The position numbers and the translations under genes are program-made. Below are positions 60,901 through 64,000 of a DNA stretch of 64,000 nucleotides, piece after piece. This stretch comes from Mobula birostris. Lineage: Eukaryota. Below the pieces are notes generated by a model that was given only the letters and a program-made list of their open reading frames with translations, was not told where the DNA came from and searched no databases. The stretch lies in the NCBI RefSeq assembly GCF_030028105.1, contig NC_092379.1, positions 26,405,821 to 26,469,820 of the forward strand. Reading direction: 5' to 3'. Positions within the stretch are counted from its first letter, which is position 1, and the number at the start of each line of letters is the position of its first letter.

Positions 60901-62315
60901 TAGTGGGTCCCTCACCTGAGACATCGAGTCCGGAGTAAAACAGGCCCAACGGATTCAACCTGACCCAGGCATCGGACCTTCCAATCGCCTCTTGGCATCT
61001 GATTCTGTCCGATCGCAAGTTCTCCAGTGGGGTCACAGCTCTCCTTTCGCCTGCCACCACAGAATCCATCGGACTCTGACTCTTCTGAAGAGACATTTCT
61101 GGTAACCTTCCATGGACGCCGACACCCGTTCTTATGTCTCTGCATGTCCCGTCTGTGCCCGTGGAAAGGCTTACCATCGGCCACCTGTGGGATTGCTTCG
61201 TCCCCTGCCTGTCACTGGTCGTCCCTGTTCACACATCGTTCTGGATTTCGTCACCGGGCTACCCGCTTCAACAGGGAACACTGCCTTATTAACTATGGTG
61301 GACCGTTTCTCCAAGTCGGTGCATTTTGTAGCCCTCCATAAACATCCTTCCGCGCAGGAGACCCCAGGCTTTCTTGTCACCCACGTTTTCCGACTTCACG
61401 GAATCCTTTCGGATATTGTCTCCCACCGGGGACCTCAAATCATTTCACAATTTTGGAGATCCTTTTGTCGAGCCGTTGGTGCCTCAGTTAGCCTATGTCC
61501 GGTTTTCACCCACAGACCAACGGGCAAACGGAGCAGGTCACCCGGGAGTTGGAGGCGGCGTTACGTTGTATAACAGCCAACAGCCCGTCTACCTGGAGCA
61601 ACCGTCTCGCATGGGTAGAATGCGCCCACAACTCTCTGGTCAGCACCGCGACAGGAAAATTTCCTGTTGGATACTCTCTCGGTTATCAATCCCCGCTGTT
61701 TCCCGCCCAGGAAGAAGAGATTGCGTTGCCGTCAGTCCAGGCCCATATACAGCGGTGCCAAAAAATCTGTGAGGAGACACGCACGGCCTTGCTTCTCTCA
61801 GCGAACTGTAACCGGAAAATTGCCGACCGGCATCTTACCCCTGCTCCTGAGTATCAACCTGGGCTGGTGGTGTGGCTCTAGTCTGGAAACATTACTCTGA
61901 AGAACCAGCCCATGAAGCTCGCCCATCGCTTCCTGGGACCTTTCGAGGTTGAGAGCATTATCAACCCCACGGCAGTCCGGCTCAAACTACCTACGTCTAT
62001 GCGGATCCATCCTACATTTCACGTCTCTCAGTTAAAACCAGATTCTGTCAGTACGTTGTGCCCTCCGACCTAAACCCCTCCACCCCCCTGTATCATCGAC
62101 GACCATCTGGCGTACACCGTCCGGCGATTATTGGATGTCCGCCGTCGCAAAAGGGGTCTCCAGTACCTGGTTAATTTGGAAGGGTACGGCCCGGAAGAAC
62201 GTTCCTGGATTCCCTGCTCCTACATTCTGGACCTTTCCCTCATCCGGGATTTCCATCGGGACAATCCACACAAAACTGGGGTATCACCAGGAGGTTCGCG
62301 TTGAGGGAGGGCTAC

Positions 62316-62714
62316 TGTCATGGTTCCGTTTGGTTGTTCCCCTTTAACGCTCCTTCTGCCTGATTATGACCTAGTTTCAGAAATTAGATTTCCAATTGCT
62401 GCTGGTTTACTTAATTACTGTACACCTGGTTTGCATCAGAGACTGTGAAATAAGTACGACGGCGTCACTGAACAGGTCGCCAGTTTGTTGGTCTATTCTT
62501 CTGTAATACTGAGTTCTCTCGTCCGCTTAGATCCGTTACTTCTAAATTTAGCTCCAAGTTCTGCTCTAGTTTCAAGATAGTCCCTGTACATCCCCTCTCC
62601 TTGTCAAGATTCCTCTGGTTTGCTGTTCTACTTTCACTTCTACGCCAGCATCCCCAACCTAGTCGACGTGTCGGTGCCCTGCACTTGGGTTCTCCTCGGT
62701 CGCCCCGTGCAACA
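62316..62714 (+). repeat. 3' LTR (399 bp)
   Basis: Colinear with the 5' LTR; about 50 substitutions counted by eye. Confidence 0.92.
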
Positions 62715-63059
62715 TAGATCGATGAATTTCATAACTCATGTCGAAATATTGATCGAGAATGTAGATCAAGTGTAGGCAGCACATTTAAGTGTCAACCATG
62801 CTTCTCACACAATCCATCTAACTAATATTTGCATACATTGCATGAAAAATTGACTGTTTTATGTTCTAGACAACAATCCGGATCCTCCCTTCAGGATGAT
62901 TTAATTGTACTGCTTGTGCGACCAGTGACAATATTCCCACGGTGTTAAAATCTCCCGCCATCAAATTTAGTCAAGTCCTCATGACGTTGTGATAATTGTC
63001 CAACCGTACATGCAAAGCACAAAATCCAACACAGGTGTAAAAGGCAGTGGCATAGCTCC

Positions 63060-63340
63060 TCAATGCGGAGATGACAGACTCCGTTCCACCAGTGCTATGT
63101 AGGCCATCCTATCTGGTGGTCTCATTCTTTGAGAACCCCGTATCTCCTCCTCTACTCCTTTATGTTCCGAAACTACTTTGGATAATTCTGGTCTACCTGC
63201 CGAGGCCTTCTCCGGTTTATGACTTGTGCCCTCCTGAAACTCCGAACCATTGGCTAAGCTCCGCTTCATCCCGTGCAGCTTCCCGCTGAAGCCGACTCTC
63301 CAGAGATAGCACCCCCCCCGCCCCTCCCGCCCCCACACTC
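63060..63340 (-). mobile_element. Gypsy pol 3'-tail remnant related to 54.3-54.8 kb
   Basis: The minus ORF contains EEIRGSQRMRPPDRMAYIA, similar to IERSQRIQRPPDCLAYVA. Confidence 0.5.
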
Positions 63341-64000
63341 CGAACTCACATCACACCGTGAGACCTATTGGGAATCTCTCCCTCAATCAGTGCGGAGTTA
63401 GCAGAAGAAAGTGTATTACAGCCCCACCCCGACACACTTACTCATCCTTCCAAACAGTATGCCATTCAGGGGCGGAGGCCAACCTATTCTCTCATGCTGT
63501 TGGTCATCCAGTTCATGAATGACAAATATGTTGAAGCTGAGCTCCAATATAAGTGCAACATAGGATTTTATATTCTTTCTTTCTTTCTTTCTTTAATAAA
63601 GGTTTACTTCACTTAACATTCATAACTTACTTCTTTATAACTATATTTCTTACCAACGAACGATTGCTGTTGACAGTATATCACACAATATGAACGAAAA
63701 TCAGGGTTTAGTTGGTGAGGAATCTGAACTTCATGGATTTGGTGGGACTACAGTCGTATCCACCATAGAAGTGCGAAGACTTCCATCTGTGTGTTTCTCC
63801 TGTCGCAACCCAGCGTCTGTCAACAGAGGCCAGCTAGCTACATGTTCAAAGACGTCAAATAGAAATGAGTTTAGTTATCAATCAATGACTGTTTTGCATT
63901 GGCCTGGTTTTATGTTCTTACTCAGCGTTATGACTTTTCTCTAATAAAAGTCAGAAAAATTATGAATACAGAAACAAACAATAAAAAAGTTCGGACCAGA

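Larger units (their letters stand above)
57513..62714 (+). mobile_element. Sushi/Tf1-like chromoviral Gypsy LTR retrotransposon, full-length but decayed
   Basis: LTRs at 57513-57912 and 62316-62714; TSD TACAT/TAGAT; gag from ATG 57929 (EPHIPEPDPYAGD...FLLQC); PR LIDSGA (~59070); RT YLDD (~60047); RH WTDHKN; [13 protein letters not shown], then a chromodomain (~62110-62260); PPT GAGGGAGGG. Confidence 0.95.

Overview
This is eukaryotic, repeat-rich vertebrate DNA. The V-segment sequences and the CR1/Penelope/Gypsy repertoire point to a cartilaginous fish, probably a ray or skate (inference). The window is part of a T-cell-receptor alpha/delta-type V-gene cluster. One V segment looks intact: leader 20813-20858, V exon 21343-21649, 23-RSS 21650-21688. 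Three related minus-strand V pseudogenes with recognisable RSSs lie at about 29.3, 37.6 and 45.6 kb. Two more clear V relics lie at 22.1 and 51.8 kb, and several very decayed V-like relics are tentative. I found no J, D or C segments. An ~8 kb tandem duplication spans about 36.3-44.3 kb and 44.3-51.75 kb. The rest is mostly decayed transposons: Gypsy elements (including a Gmr1-order element with LTRs/PBS/PPT and a chromodomain-bearing Sushi-like element with TSD), CR1 and L1 LINEs, Tc1 remnants and a minisatellite-rich LTR family. Two small insertions carry self-cleaving ribozyme folds. One is a minimal Penelope-type hammerhead (35606-35639, minus strand, inside a 101-bp insert with a 14-bp TSD). 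The other is an HDV-like fold whose catalytic C is mutated (42086-42268). All alignments and folds were done by eye, no database search was run, and many repeat boundaries are approximate.
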